Source: an uncultured Bacteroidales bacterium (GTDB lineage Bacteria > Bacteroidota > Bacteroidia > Bacteroidales > FEN-979). Taken from it: a stretch of 64,000 nucleotides of DNA. Where the stretch lies: NCBI GenBank assembly GCA_903903985.1, contig CAIVAT010000163.1, forward strand, positions 9,061 to 73,060, in the 5' to 3' direction. Positions 19,111-28,020 of this stretch are shown piece by piece. The notes beneath the pieces were generated by a model. The model saw nothing but the letters and a program-made list of their open reading frames with translations, was not told the origin of the DNA and made no database searches. The translations under genes were made by a program, and so were the position numbers. The stretch's first letter is position 1, and each line of letters starts with the position of its first letter.

Positions 19111-21255
19111 ATGAGAACGGCAATCCAATTCCTTTTGTTCTTCCTGGTAATTCATTACGCAGAAGCCCAGCAATTCAAACCCATCGAAGACTACTTGCGC
19201 ATCAATGCAAGGGGGCAGGACCCATTATATACCACTTATGCAGCTGCGATGGCAAGGTCGGAATTATACGGAGATAAGGCTTATAAGATGGATTACTATT
19301 CCGATTGCCGCCCGGTGAGCTATTCGTCCGATCATGCCGGCACCATGTTCTGTATCTGGAAGGTGGATGAAGTGGTCATCCCGCGAATTGGTGAATTCAA
19401 GGCGAAACCGGTCGTACACTTCACTTTCCCTGACATGGCTATCCTGGAATATGAACCTTTTCGCGGAATCCATGTCAGTGAGACTTTCTTTGTTTACAGT
19501 TCTTCCATTGCCATGGTGGATATGGAAGTAAAAAACACGGATGGAACTCCGCATGAAGTTGCAGTGTACCCGGTATTGGAAACCGGCAATGATTCGCTGG
19601 AGATGGTGAGGTATGACAAAGTTTCAGATGGTTATCTGACACAGCGTTATGAAAGCCCATATCGCCTGATCAGCAGCCTGAAGACGGAATATGGATATCC
19701 GACCAGGGTCAGGGATTTCTTCACCGGCAACCGGGAAACGACGTCTCACGGAGGCTATTCCGGCGATATGAACGATTTCTATAATGCAATAAAAACCGAT
19801 TTTTATTCAGACAAGCGGGTGGATACCCTGAACATGAAGCAGCAAGGATTTGTTGATTTCATTGCCCTGCACTTTAAAAAGCGCCTGAAACCGGGAGAAT
19901 CTGTCCGTTTCAGGTACTTGCGCGGATTTCAGGATCAGAAGGAAGATCCTGCAAAAATGATCAGGACTGTTGATTCTGTTAAGAATTTCATGCTTCGACC
20001 CTATTATGAAGACAACCTTATTCTTTATGCAAAAGTTCCCAGGATCGCATTTAAAAGTCAATATGAAAAATTGGCCTACCTGGATGCCTTCAACCTTGCC
20101 CGCGGGTGCATGTATCCCGCATCGGGAAAAACAAAATACAATTTCTATGCCTTTTCACGAAACCCAATATGGGGTTGGGGCCATGGTCACCAGGTATTGC
20201 ATGAATCGCTCAGCATGATGGCTTATGCTTTCATGGATCCAAAATCGGCCCAGGCTTCTCAGCGTGTTTACATGGAACAGCAGCGGGACGACGGGCTCAT
20301 TGCATACAGGCACGGACCGCGCGGAATGCAGGATTATCCGCACAACGGTATGTCGACCACTTCGGCCCCGTTCTTCAGCTGGATCAACCTGGAAATTTAT
20401 AATGCAGGGCATGACAAACTCTTTCTCGCGGATGCCTATGTTTCTGGCACACATTACGTGGAATGGCTGATTAAAAACCGGGACACTGATCATGACGGTA
20501 CCTTTGAATGGGGTCCATACGGCATCATTGAGAACGTAAGGGATTGGTACAATGCCGTGTTCCAGGTTTCAGCAGAGCGTTACCTTGATGTTGACAAAGA
20601 AGACATTTCGGATGAGCTGGAGTGCCTCGACCTTACGCTGATGGTGATCAAAGAGGAACGTAGCCTGGCAAAAATGGCCGGAATCCTTGGTAAAAATGCT
20701 GATGCAAAGAAATGGCTGAACCTGGCTGATACCACCTCCAGATTGGTGAACGATCGGATGTGGGATGATTCCACGGGTTTTTATTATTCTGTAAACAAAA
20801 AAGATCACACATTCAGGTTTATGACCCGTGACCTCCGGCGGCAGGAGATCATTGGTTTCCTTGCCCTGTGGGCGGAGGCAGCCCCGAAAGACCGGGCCGC
20901 AAGACTCATACAGACGCTTACCGATACGACGAAATTCTGGCGCAGATACGGTGTTCCAACACTTTCTGCGCTTGATCCATGGTACAGTCCGTATGCTGAC
21001 TATTGCTGCAAATGGAATGGTCCGGTATGGATGCTATGGGATTACATGGTGTATGATGGCCTGCGCCAGTATCATTACGACGCGCTTGCCTCCCAGCTTG
21101 CAGAAAAAATGATCAGCTCCGTGAACCTGCAACTCTCGAAAAATCATAATTTCTGGGAGTCATACAGTCCCGACAACGAAGTGCTGAATTGTCCTCCAAA
21201 CTATATATGGGATGCCATCATCGCGAAATTACTGATTGATGAAAATCAGAAATAG
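19111..21255 (+). CDS. GH63-like (alpha/alpha)6 glycoside hydrolase, secreted, paralog B
   Basis: I moved the start to the ATG at 19111, giving the signal peptide MRTAIQFLLFFLVIHYAEAQ. It is collinear with paralog A: LYTTYAAA, NFYAFSRNPIWGWGHGHQVLHESLSMMAYAFMD, HDGTFEWG, NGPVWMLWDYMVYDGL and FWESYSPDN. Confidence 0.65.
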   Translation: MRTAIQFLLFFLVIHYAEAQQFKPIEDYLRINARGQDPLYTTYAAAMARSELYGDKAYKMDYYSDCRPVSYSSDHAGTMFCIWKVDEVVIPRIGEFKAKPVVHFTFPDMAILEYEPFRGIHVSETFFVYSSSIAMVDMEVKNTDGTPHEVAVYPVLETGNDSLEMVRYDKVSDGYLTQRYESPYRLISSLKTEYGYPTRVRDFFTGNRETTSHGGYSGDMNDFYNAIKTDFYSDKRVDTLNMKQQGFVDFIALHFKKRLKPGESVRFRYLRGFQDQKEDPAKMIRTVDSVKNFMLRPYYEDNLILYAKVPRIAFKSQYEKLAYLDAFNLARGCMYPASGKTKYNFYAFSRNPIWGWGHGHQVLHESLSMMAYAFMDPKSAQASQRVYMEQQRDDGLIAYRHGPRGMQDYPHNGMSTTSAPFFSWINLEIYNAGHDKLFLADAYVSGTHYVEWLIKNRDTDHDGTFEWGPYGIIENVRDWYNAVFQVSAERYLDVDKEDISDELECLDLTLMVIKEERSLAKMAGILGKNADAKKWLNLADTTSRLVNDRMWDDSTGFYYSVNKKDHTFRFMTRDLRRQEIIGFLALWAEAAPKDRAARLIQTLTDTTKFWRRYGVPTLSALDPWYSPYADYCCKWNGPVWMLWDYMVYDGLRQYHYDALASQLAEKMISSVNLQLSKNHNFWESYSPDNEVLNCPPNYIWDAIIAKLLIDENQK

Positions 21256-21284
21256 GTTACCTTTGCAGGTTGAAAGAACGTTTT

Positions 21285-23276
21285 ATGAAAAAGTTTTTTT
21301 CCGCCGCCGGTTGGTTTGGCTTATTCATTTTGCTGGTTCTGTCCTCATGCAATTCAGGCTACCGGACCGATATTCAACCTCTGTTGTCACCGGCAGCACT
21401 GCCTTACCTGAAAAACTGCAAACTGATCCAGGTTTCAAGTTTTGATTCAACAGGAGGCAACAATGACCGCATCAGCATTGCTCCCGGAAAAAAAGCAACG
21501 ATTTTTAATGTCGAAGGCCCTGGCATGATCGTCAGGATTTGGTTCGCCATTGATTCACGCGACCCGTATTTTCTTCGCCGCATCGTGCTCCGGATCTTTT
21601 GGGATGATGAACCAAGGCCATCCGTTGAAGTTCCACTGGGGGATTTCTTCGGATGCGGTTTCAAATACAAGCAGTATGTTTCACAGTACCTCGGTATGAC
21701 AAGCGGAGGGTATGTTTGTTATTTCCCGATGCCTTTTGAACGCCAGGCCCGTATTGAGATAGCAAATGAAACCCGCCAGGAAATTTTTGGTTTTTTTTAC
21801 CAGGTTGATTACCAGAAATTTGAAGGAGCTTTGGAGTCGGATGTTGCCTATTTTCATACACAATGGAGCAGAAGCATCAGAACGAATTACGATTCTAATT
21901 TTGTGATCCTCAATGCCGAAGGCAAGGGCCATCTGGTGGGTGTGAACCTCAACATGCAATCGTATGATGGCGGTCTTGGATTTCTTGAAGGAGATGACAT
22001 GATTTATGTTGATGGAGAGAAAAAACCATCCATCCGTGGAACCGGTACGGAGGATTACTTTTCTGCCGGATGGTATTTCAACAGGGGTGAATTTGCCGGT
22101 CCATACAGTGGGCTGATATACAAGAACGATACCCTCGGGCAGATTGCCGCTTACCGGTTTTACATTATGGATCCCATCCCGTTTAAGAAAAACATCAAAG
22201 TTACCATTGAACATGGCCATGGCAACCAGGATATTGCCGATTATAGCTCAACGGCCTACTGGTACCAGATGGAACCGCATAAACCATTTCCGCATTTCCC
22301 CATTGCCGGCCAGCGAATCCCGCTGCGTATCGTCAAACCAGCCAGAATGTATGAAGCAGAGAAACTGAAATTCAAGCTTGAAGGATTAAAATCAAGGGTG
22401 ATGGATATGTCTGATGATGGACCCGAGTGGGGAGAAAACAAGCAGATCCTGATTGAGGCGCATGACAAATCTTCCTTTGAGCTGGATATCAATGGATTAA
22501 GGGAACCGGTTTATGACATGAACCTGTATTATTCCAAAGGCCCTGATTATGGCAATGCGGATATTTATGTTAATGGCATGAAAGCAGGCACCATCAATGG
22601 TTATTCACCCCACATCCTGCCTAATGGCAAAGTGACCCTGACGGGGTTGAAGACCCTGACAGGGTCTGTGGATTTTCGTTTTGTCGTCACCGGAAAAGAT
22701 GCACTGTCCAAAGGATATTCTCTCGGTCTCGATGGGGTGAGCATGGAACCCAGGCGTGTTTACATCCCTGAATGGAATATACTTGGGCCATTTTCAAATC
22801 CCCGAAAGATCGGTTCGACCCGGCGCGGCCTGGATTCAATTTACCTGCCCGAGAAAATCATCGACCTGCACAAAGATTATTTTGGTGCAGGAAAGCAACC
22901 TATTCAGTGGACATATGCACAAACCCCTGCAAATGGCTGTTTTTCATTCATTGACAAAGTCAATCCACATGAATTGGTGGTAACTTATGCAGTCACCTTT
23001 ATCTATTCGCCGGATAACCGGAAATCATTGTTTTTTATCGGAACCGATGATGGCGGAAAAGTATTTTTCAATGGCAGGGAAGTTTTTCGATACCTGGGAG
23101 AACGAATTGCCGAACCCGATCAGGCTGAACTTGAACTGGCCATGAGACCAGGATGGAACACACTTTTATTGAAAATCGAGAATAACTTCGGCGCGTATAG
23201 TTTCTATGCCCGGGTACTTGATCCTGACAACAAATTGGTTATCAGCGCAAACAAGCAATTGCCACCGGGAAAATAA
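21285..23276 (+). CDS. DUF2961 / GH172-like glycosidase lipoprotein with C-terminal beta-sandwich
   Basis: The ATG at 21285 gives MKKFFSAAGWFGLFILLVLSSC, a lipoprotein signal. Motifs: IVLRIFWDDEPRPSVEVPLGDFFG, GYVCYFPMPFERQARIEI and GTGTEDYFSAGWYF. Confidence 0.65.
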   Translation: MKKFFSAAGWFGLFILLVLSSCNSGYRTDIQPLLSPAALPYLKNCKLIQVSSFDSTGGNNDRISIAPGKKATIFNVEGPGMIVRIWFAIDSRDPYFLRRIVLRIFWDDEPRPSVEVPLGDFFGCGFKYKQYVSQYLGMTSGGYVCYFPMPFERQARIEIANETRQEIFGFFYQVDYQKFEGALESDVAYFHTQWSRSIRTNYDSNFVILNAEGKGHLVGVNLNMQSYDGGLGFLEGDDMIYVDGEKKPSIRGTGTEDYFSAGWYFNRGEFAGPYSGLIYKNDTLGQIAAYRFYIMDPIPFKKNIKVTIEHGHGNQDIADYSSTAYWYQMEPHKPFPHFPIAGQRIPLRIVKPARMYEAEKLKFKLEGLKSRVMDMSDDGPEWGENKQILIEAHDKSSFELDINGLREPVYDMNLYYSKGPDYGNADIYVNGMKAGTINGYSPHILPNGKVTLTGLKTLTGSVDFRFVVTGKDALSKGYSLGLDGVSMEPRRVYIPEWNILGPFSNPRKIGSTRRGLDSIYLPEKIIDLHKDYFGAGKQPIQWTYAQTPANGCFSFIDKVNPHELVVTYAVTFIYSPDNRKSLFFIGTDDGGKVFFNGREVFRYLGERIAEPDQAELELAMRPGWNTLLLKIENNFGAYSFYARVLDPDNKLVISANKQLPPGK

Positions 23277-23286
23277 ATTATAAAGC

Positions 23287-24327
23287 ATGTACTTTAAAGA
23301 TTTAATCCTTTCAACTTTCCTACTGCTCCTTACCATCGGCAATGGGCCCATGTTGCAGGGTCAGCCGGTAGTTAAACATGGGCCCCCGGTCCCGGTCAAT
23401 TTTTGCATCAGTTCCGATGAAAAAGAGTTGTTCCGGATGATCAATGAATACCGGGCGATCAACAACCTCCCCCCTATTCCGCTGTCTAAATCATTGTCTC
23501 ATGTTGCAGCCCTGCACGTCCGGGACCTGTTTTTTCACCATCCCGACCAGGGAGCCTGCAATTTTCATTCCTGGTCAGATAAAGGGTTTTGGACACCCTT
23601 CTGCTACCCGAAAGATGAGACGAAGAAAATTTCAGTCTGGGATAAACCCCGCGAGTTGACAAAATACCCCTCCAGGGGATTTGAAATCGTATACTGGGAA
23701 AATAATCCGCTGGTCAGGGATACCATCATCATGGTGTGGAAAACGGAAGAATATTTCAACAGTTTTTTACTGAACACCGGGAAATGGCAGGGAAAAACGT
23801 GGAATGCGATCGGGATTGCCGTCTATGAAAATTACGCATGTGCATGGTTTGGTGAGGTACCCGATCCGGAAGGTGAACCGTATGTTTGCGGAAACAAACC
23901 GGTAAAACCGGTGCAAGATACAGTCAAGCCTGTGGTGAAACCTGCACCAAAACCAGCAGTAAAACCAAAGAAACCAAAATCAGTTAAAACGACTGGAATG
24001 AAGGCAGACAGCCTGGCGGGTAAACCTGCAGACACCCTGGCGGTTCGGTCGGGAGATTCAACAACCAATCCACAAAAAAATGTACCTCTGCCAAAAGATT
24101 CTTTATCAGGAACATATTGCATTATTATAAAAACAAACCTGTCCAGGACTGCAGCCGATCAACTGGTGCTCACCCTTCAATCCGGCGGATATCCCCAAGC
24201 CATGGCGATGGAAAAAGAGGGCAAATTCAGGGTTTCCGTTTTTGAATCAGCCGACAAACCTACAGTCATGGCAAAGCTAAAGGAGGTGAAGAAGAGGAAT
24301 AAAGATGCATGGTTGTTGAAAAAGTGA
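23287..24327 (+). CDS. CAP (SCP/PR-1-like) domain - Pro/Lys linker - SPOR domain protein
   Basis: N-terminal signal. The CAP-like region is ..DEKELFRMINEYRAINNLPPIPLSKSLSHVAALHVRDL... The linker is KPVKPVQDTVKPVVKPAPKPAVKPKKPKSVK. The C-terminal SPOR-like region is YCIIIKTNLSRTAADQLVLTLQSGGY..FRVSVFESADKPTVMAKL. Confidence 0.55.
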   Translation: MYFKDLILSTFLLLLTIGNGPMLQGQPVVKHGPPVPVNFCISSDEKELFRMINEYRAINNLPPIPLSKSLSHVAALHVRDLFFHHPDQGACNFHSWSDKGFWTPFCYPKDETKKISVWDKPRELTKYPSRGFEIVYWENNPLVRDTIIMVWKTEEYFNSFLLNTGKWQGKTWNAIGIAVYENYACAWFGEVPDPEGEPYVCGNKPVKPVQDTVKPVVKPAPKPAVKPKKPKSVKTTGMKADSLAGKPADTLAVRSGDSTTNPQKNVPLPKDSLSGTYCIIIKTNLSRTAADQLVLTLQSGGYPQAMAMEKEGKFRVSVFESADKPTVMAKLKEVKKRNKDAWLLKK

Positions 24328-24541
24328 CAGGCAACGTTCAACGTGAGACTTAAGATGTGGGACGTACAACGAGAATGTTTTCAACCGTTCTCAAGTAACG
24401 TCCAACGGCGCTCAAGCTTTCTCAATGATTCTCAAGCTTTTTTCAACCTCGTCCAACCGTCCCTGTATTGTGGCTGTAGCTTGCGGTAAGCTCTTCCAAC
24501 CAGACCGCCACATCTTACATCCCAAGTCTAACGTCTTTAAG

Positions 24542-27373
24542 TCATTCTTCGCGAGCTTCTTTCACACACCGAAACCCCACCGTCGCATTCCTGTCCAGTC
24601 CCGGTGCAAGCAGCAGCAGCATTTCAGGATGATCCACCGGCAACGGTCCGCCGGTAACATACCAAATGCTCTGGGTCGGATGGTAATAACTTCCTCCGTG
24701 GATGATGTTGTAATAGTAGCTCCCGTTGTCGTAAACATCAGCGGTCATCTGCCATACATTCCCAACCAGGTCCATCACTCCGTAAGGGCTGGCACCGCCG
24801 GGAAATTGATGCACCCGTGTGGCAAAGTTCAGGTTGTGGTTACACTTCATTGAATCCATTTCATTCCCCCAGGGATATTTGCGCATATCGGTTCCCTGGG
24901 CTGCGTACTGCCATTCCTGCTCTGTTGGCAAGCGTTTGCCCACCCATTTTGCATAAGCTATGGCATCCTCAAGATTTATGTAAACGACCGGTAAGTCTTC
25001 TGTTCCATCTCGCGAATTACCATTCAACCACTGCTTGAGGTAGTTGACAGTATCAGGCGGAATATAAGATGTTTGATCAATGAATTTCTTATATTGCAAG
25101 TTGGTCACAGGATACTTGTCCATCCAGAAACCGGGCATATTGATGGTGGTGGTATCGCTGTAATCGAGAAAAGGAATGAACGGGTCGAGTGTGTTCGGGT
25201 CGCGTTTTGTATAGAAGCGGAATTTACCTGCCGGGATTTCGACCATGTTATTGGGAGCAATGGCAGTTCCTGTTGTCCGTTCAGTGACGCTGATCTTCAC
25301 GGGTAACCCTGATCCTGGGATTACAATCACCTCATCGGAAAGCTCCTTGCCCGAAAAAAGCTGAACCACGATCTTTTCAACCGGTTTTTGGAAAAATGCC
25401 CGGTAATCTAACGAAGTACCCGTCACCGGGTAGATAAATTGCTTTGAACGGTAGGTTGGATTTTCTCCGGTAAGGACGATTCTGTCGCCAGATGTGCTTT
25501 TGAATGCAATCGTTCTGCCGGTTGACTGAACGTCTAACCGTTTTGGGAATAGAGCAATGCACCCCACGTTCCCTTCACGCCGGCTGTTAAGCCATGATGC
25601 ATCAAATGCATCGATTTTCACCGGGATGAATACTCGCTCATTTTTCACCTGATTCCTGATTTCCAGGTGGTTCCACAAATCAACGAGATGGAACCGGCGC
25701 ATGCCATCGGCAGATAACGGAGCACCGCCAGGACCTGTTAATTCGAACAGCAGACCATTGCATCCTTTCGGGTTGGCGCTGTAGATGGTGAAAATCTTTT
25801 TCCCTTGCGCCTCCCAACTGTTCACATAGACTGAATCCACCAACGCAGGCAATAACGGATAAAATGATTCATTGTGAAACACCGCACTGTTTTCGCGCAG
25901 GATCCGCGTTGTGCGGCCCATATATGCATATTCCTCTTCCATCCATTCCGGCCGGCCGGGGCGCATGGTATTGATCTCTACACCATAACCATTGAAGAAT
26001 GAAATTGCCAGTTCGCGGTGCAACCGGTCATCGGCGAGTTGCAAAACCCTGAAAATGGCAAAATCGGGCTTGATGAATTTGTTCAGGTTGAGTGGCGGTG
26101 GCAGCACAAGCGCATCATGCACCCTTCCGCTGACGATCCCGGGCATGTCTTTCGGGACTGCCATTCCCTCGCTGTACATGATGATGCCGGGTTTGACTTT
26201 ATCAGCAGCGGCCTGCAACTCCCTGCTTGACGAACCTTTCGTATCGAGCACCACCCCATCGGCATCCGTAGCCCGAAGAAGCTCCTCCATCCCTTTCAAC
26301 TGGTCCTCCTGGCGGGTTCCTTCATCCCATGGATTAAAGGAGATAAAATATTTTCTCCCGGCATCGTGGGTGAATTTCACCTGATTGCGTAATTCTGCAA
26401 GACCACCGGGTAAATCGCGGTACATATCCCACTGGTTGCGCTGATCGAGCCCTAGTCTCGGCCAGGTGGGCCAAAGGGTGTAAATATCGAAGCCCCCGGT
26501 CAGCGAATCATACTCAAACAGGTTCTGATAAAAGGTATGCTTCTGTTGCAGGTAGTCGTAGTATTTTTTATCCCATGCAAACTGCAGCAGCATGAGGCAG
26601 GTTCCACGCATCCATGACAGGTCGCTGCGCATGAACATGCTGTTGTCAAATTCCGAAAGGTCGTACAACCAGCGTTCCTGGAACATCATCCGCAGGCCTT
26701 CGTGCCAGTCTCCTTTGTGGCAGTCGGCATAGATCGTGTATTCGGCCCATCCTCCCGGTTTTAATGTCACCATCCAGCGGTCGGTTTCCGATTTATCCTT
26801 GTCCCGAAGCCCCCTGCGCGCAAGGGCGGTCAGCGAAAGGGTATCGTTGATGCGGACATCGGCAAATCCCAGGTGCCAGGCATTGTCTGGGAGCACCACA
26901 CCCACCGGCCCGTATCCCGGGCGATAAAGACGCGAACGGCAGAGATACTGCGGCCATTCTTTGGATCCGGCGGCAGTAATGTAAACCTTTTCTTTGCTTT
27001 CTCCCAGCGGAACGAGGTTCTCGATCCGGTGGTTGCTCCTTCCGGTATTGATGAACCGAACGGTTAACCTGACACCCGGAATGAATTGTTTTTCCTTTAC
27101 AGCCCAGCCATGAATGCTGTCGGAAACAGAAAAAAACATCGTATCGCCTGCGTATCTTGCATTGCTGCACGTCGGATAAAACACACTGTCAAGAACCACC
27201 GAAAAAAGTGGTTGGGGCTGAATAAGGAGGATATTCGCAGATTTATCAGTACCAACGGAAACAGCGTTGAACGGATTCAAAGCATCAAACCGGATGGATT
27301 GCAAGTTATCCTGTGAAAACAGGTTTACTGAAAATGCAACTAGAAAGAAGATTAGCCAGAAAATCTTTTTCAT
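24542..27373 (-). CDS. secreted fusion protein: large unassigned (TIM-barrel-like?) N-terminal region + C-terminal FGE/SUMF1-type domain
   Basis: 943 aa with signal peptide MKKIFWLIFFLVAFSVNLFSQ. The C-terminal ~250 aa carry FWMDKYPVTNLQYKKF, RLPTEQEWQYAAQG, YPWGNE, GVMDLVGNVWQM and VGFRCV, which is the FGE-sulfatase fold. Confidence 0.65.
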   Translation of the reverse strand: MKKIFWLIFFLVAFSVNLFSQDNLQSIRFDALNPFNAVSVGTDKSANILLIQPQPLFSVVLDSVFYPTCSNARYAGDTMFFSVSDSIHGWAVKEKQFIPGVRLTVRFINTGRSNHRIENLVPLGESKEKVYITAAGSKEWPQYLCRSRLYRPGYGPVGVVLPDNAWHLGFADVRINDTLSLTALARRGLRDKDKSETDRWMVTLKPGGWAEYTIYADCHKGDWHEGLRMMFQERWLYDLSEFDNSMFMRSDLSWMRGTCLMLLQFAWDKKYYDYLQQKHTFYQNLFEYDSLTGGFDIYTLWPTWPRLGLDQRNQWDMYRDLPGGLAELRNQVKFTHDAGRKYFISFNPWDEGTRQEDQLKGMEELLRATDADGVVLDTKGSSSRELQAAADKVKPGIIMYSEGMAVPKDMPGIVSGRVHDALVLPPPLNLNKFIKPDFAIFRVLQLADDRLHRELAISFFNGYGVEINTMRPGRPEWMEEEYAYMGRTTRILRENSAVFHNESFYPLLPALVDSVYVNSWEAQGKKIFTIYSANPKGCNGLLFELTGPGGAPLSADGMRRFHLVDLWNHLEIRNQVKNERVFIPVKIDAFDASWLNSRREGNVGCIALFPKRLDVQSTGRTIAFKSTSGDRIVLTGENPTYRSKQFIYPVTGTSLDYRAFFQKPVEKIVVQLFSGKELSDEVIVIPGSGLPVKISVTERTTGTAIAPNNMVEIPAGKFRFYTKRDPNTLDPFIPFLDYSDTTTINMPGFWMDKYPVTNLQYKKFIDQTSYIPPDTVNYLKQWLNGNSRDGTEDLPVVYINLEDAIAYAKWVGKRLPTEQEWQYAAQGTDMRKYPWGNEMDSMKCNHNLNFATRVHQFPGGASPYGVMDLVGNVWQMTADVYDNGSYYYNIIHGGSYYHPTQSIWYVTGGPLPVDHPEMLLLLAPGLDRNATVGFRCVKEAREE

Positions 27374-27508
27374 GGCGGGATGAATTTATAAGGATCCTGA
27401 CAGCATCGAATTGAAAACAAAAATAAACACATCAGGTACAATAGGTCACATAGAAAAACACATTCGCTTATATTATTGTGTCCCACTGTGTCTGATGTGG
27501 TTCAAAAA

Positions 27509-27529
27509 TTGTAAATTGTAAATCGTTCT
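27509..27529 (+). repeat. 7-nt tandem repeat array abutting the ogt stop
   Basis: ttgtaaa ttgtaaa tcgttct. The last unit overlaps the ogt stop codon (27528-27530). Confidence 0.8.
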
Positions 27530-28019
27530 ATAGTTTCCCGTAAAAAAGATCCCTCTGTGACAAGGCATGTTCATGTTCCAGCAGCCATTTCTTGCGTTTC
27601 AGGCCGCCGCGGTATCCGACCAGCCTGCCGTTTGCGCCAATGACCCGGTGACAGGGGACAATGATTGATACGGGGTTGTGGCCGTTGGCTCCACCCACAG
27701 CACGGAATGCCTTGATATTCCCTGTCCTGCGGGCCAACTCCAGGTATGAAATCGTCTGGCCGTAAGGTATTTTTATCAACTCATTCCATACATGAAGCTG
27801 AAATGGCGAACCAACCAGATCGAGTTTGATATCGAACTGGATCCTTGTACCATGAAAATACTCTTCGAGTTGCTTTACGGATGCGCGCAGACACAAGGGA
27901 ACAGGCTCGGGCTTGACCCTGAAATCGAGAAAAGTCAGCGTACGTATACCATTCTCTGAGCCTGTCACCTCAAGATGTCCTATCGGGGTCTTCAGGAAGG
28001 CCCTATGCATGGGGTTCAT
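27528..28019 (-). CDS. ogt: methylated-DNA--protein-cysteine methyltransferase
   Basis: 163 aa with active-site IIVPCHRVIG and ..GQTISYLELA... Confidence 0.9.
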   Translation of the reverse strand: MNPMHRAFLKTPIGHLEVTGSENGIRTLTFLDFRVKPEPVPLCLRASVKQLEEYFHGTRIQFDIKLDLVGSPFQLHVWNELIKIPYGQTISYLELARRTGNIKAFRAVGGANGHNPVSIIVPCHRVIGANGRLVGYRGGLKRKKWLLEHEHALSQRDLFYGKL

Positions 28020-28020
28020 A

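Noticed and set aside
23880-24000. Low-complexity aaacc/aaaacc-rich DNA, considered as a microsatellite
   Set aside because: It is in frame and encodes the Pro/Lys-rich linker (KPVKPV..KPAPKPAVKPKKPK) of the CAP-SPOR protein.
27420-27505. Reiterated acacat/gtgt words and an 8-nt inverted repeat (cacatcag/ctgatgtg) upstream of the FGE-fusion gene
   Set aside because: The arms are short, the match is imperfect and there is no clear structure. This is likely ordinary promoter-region sequence.
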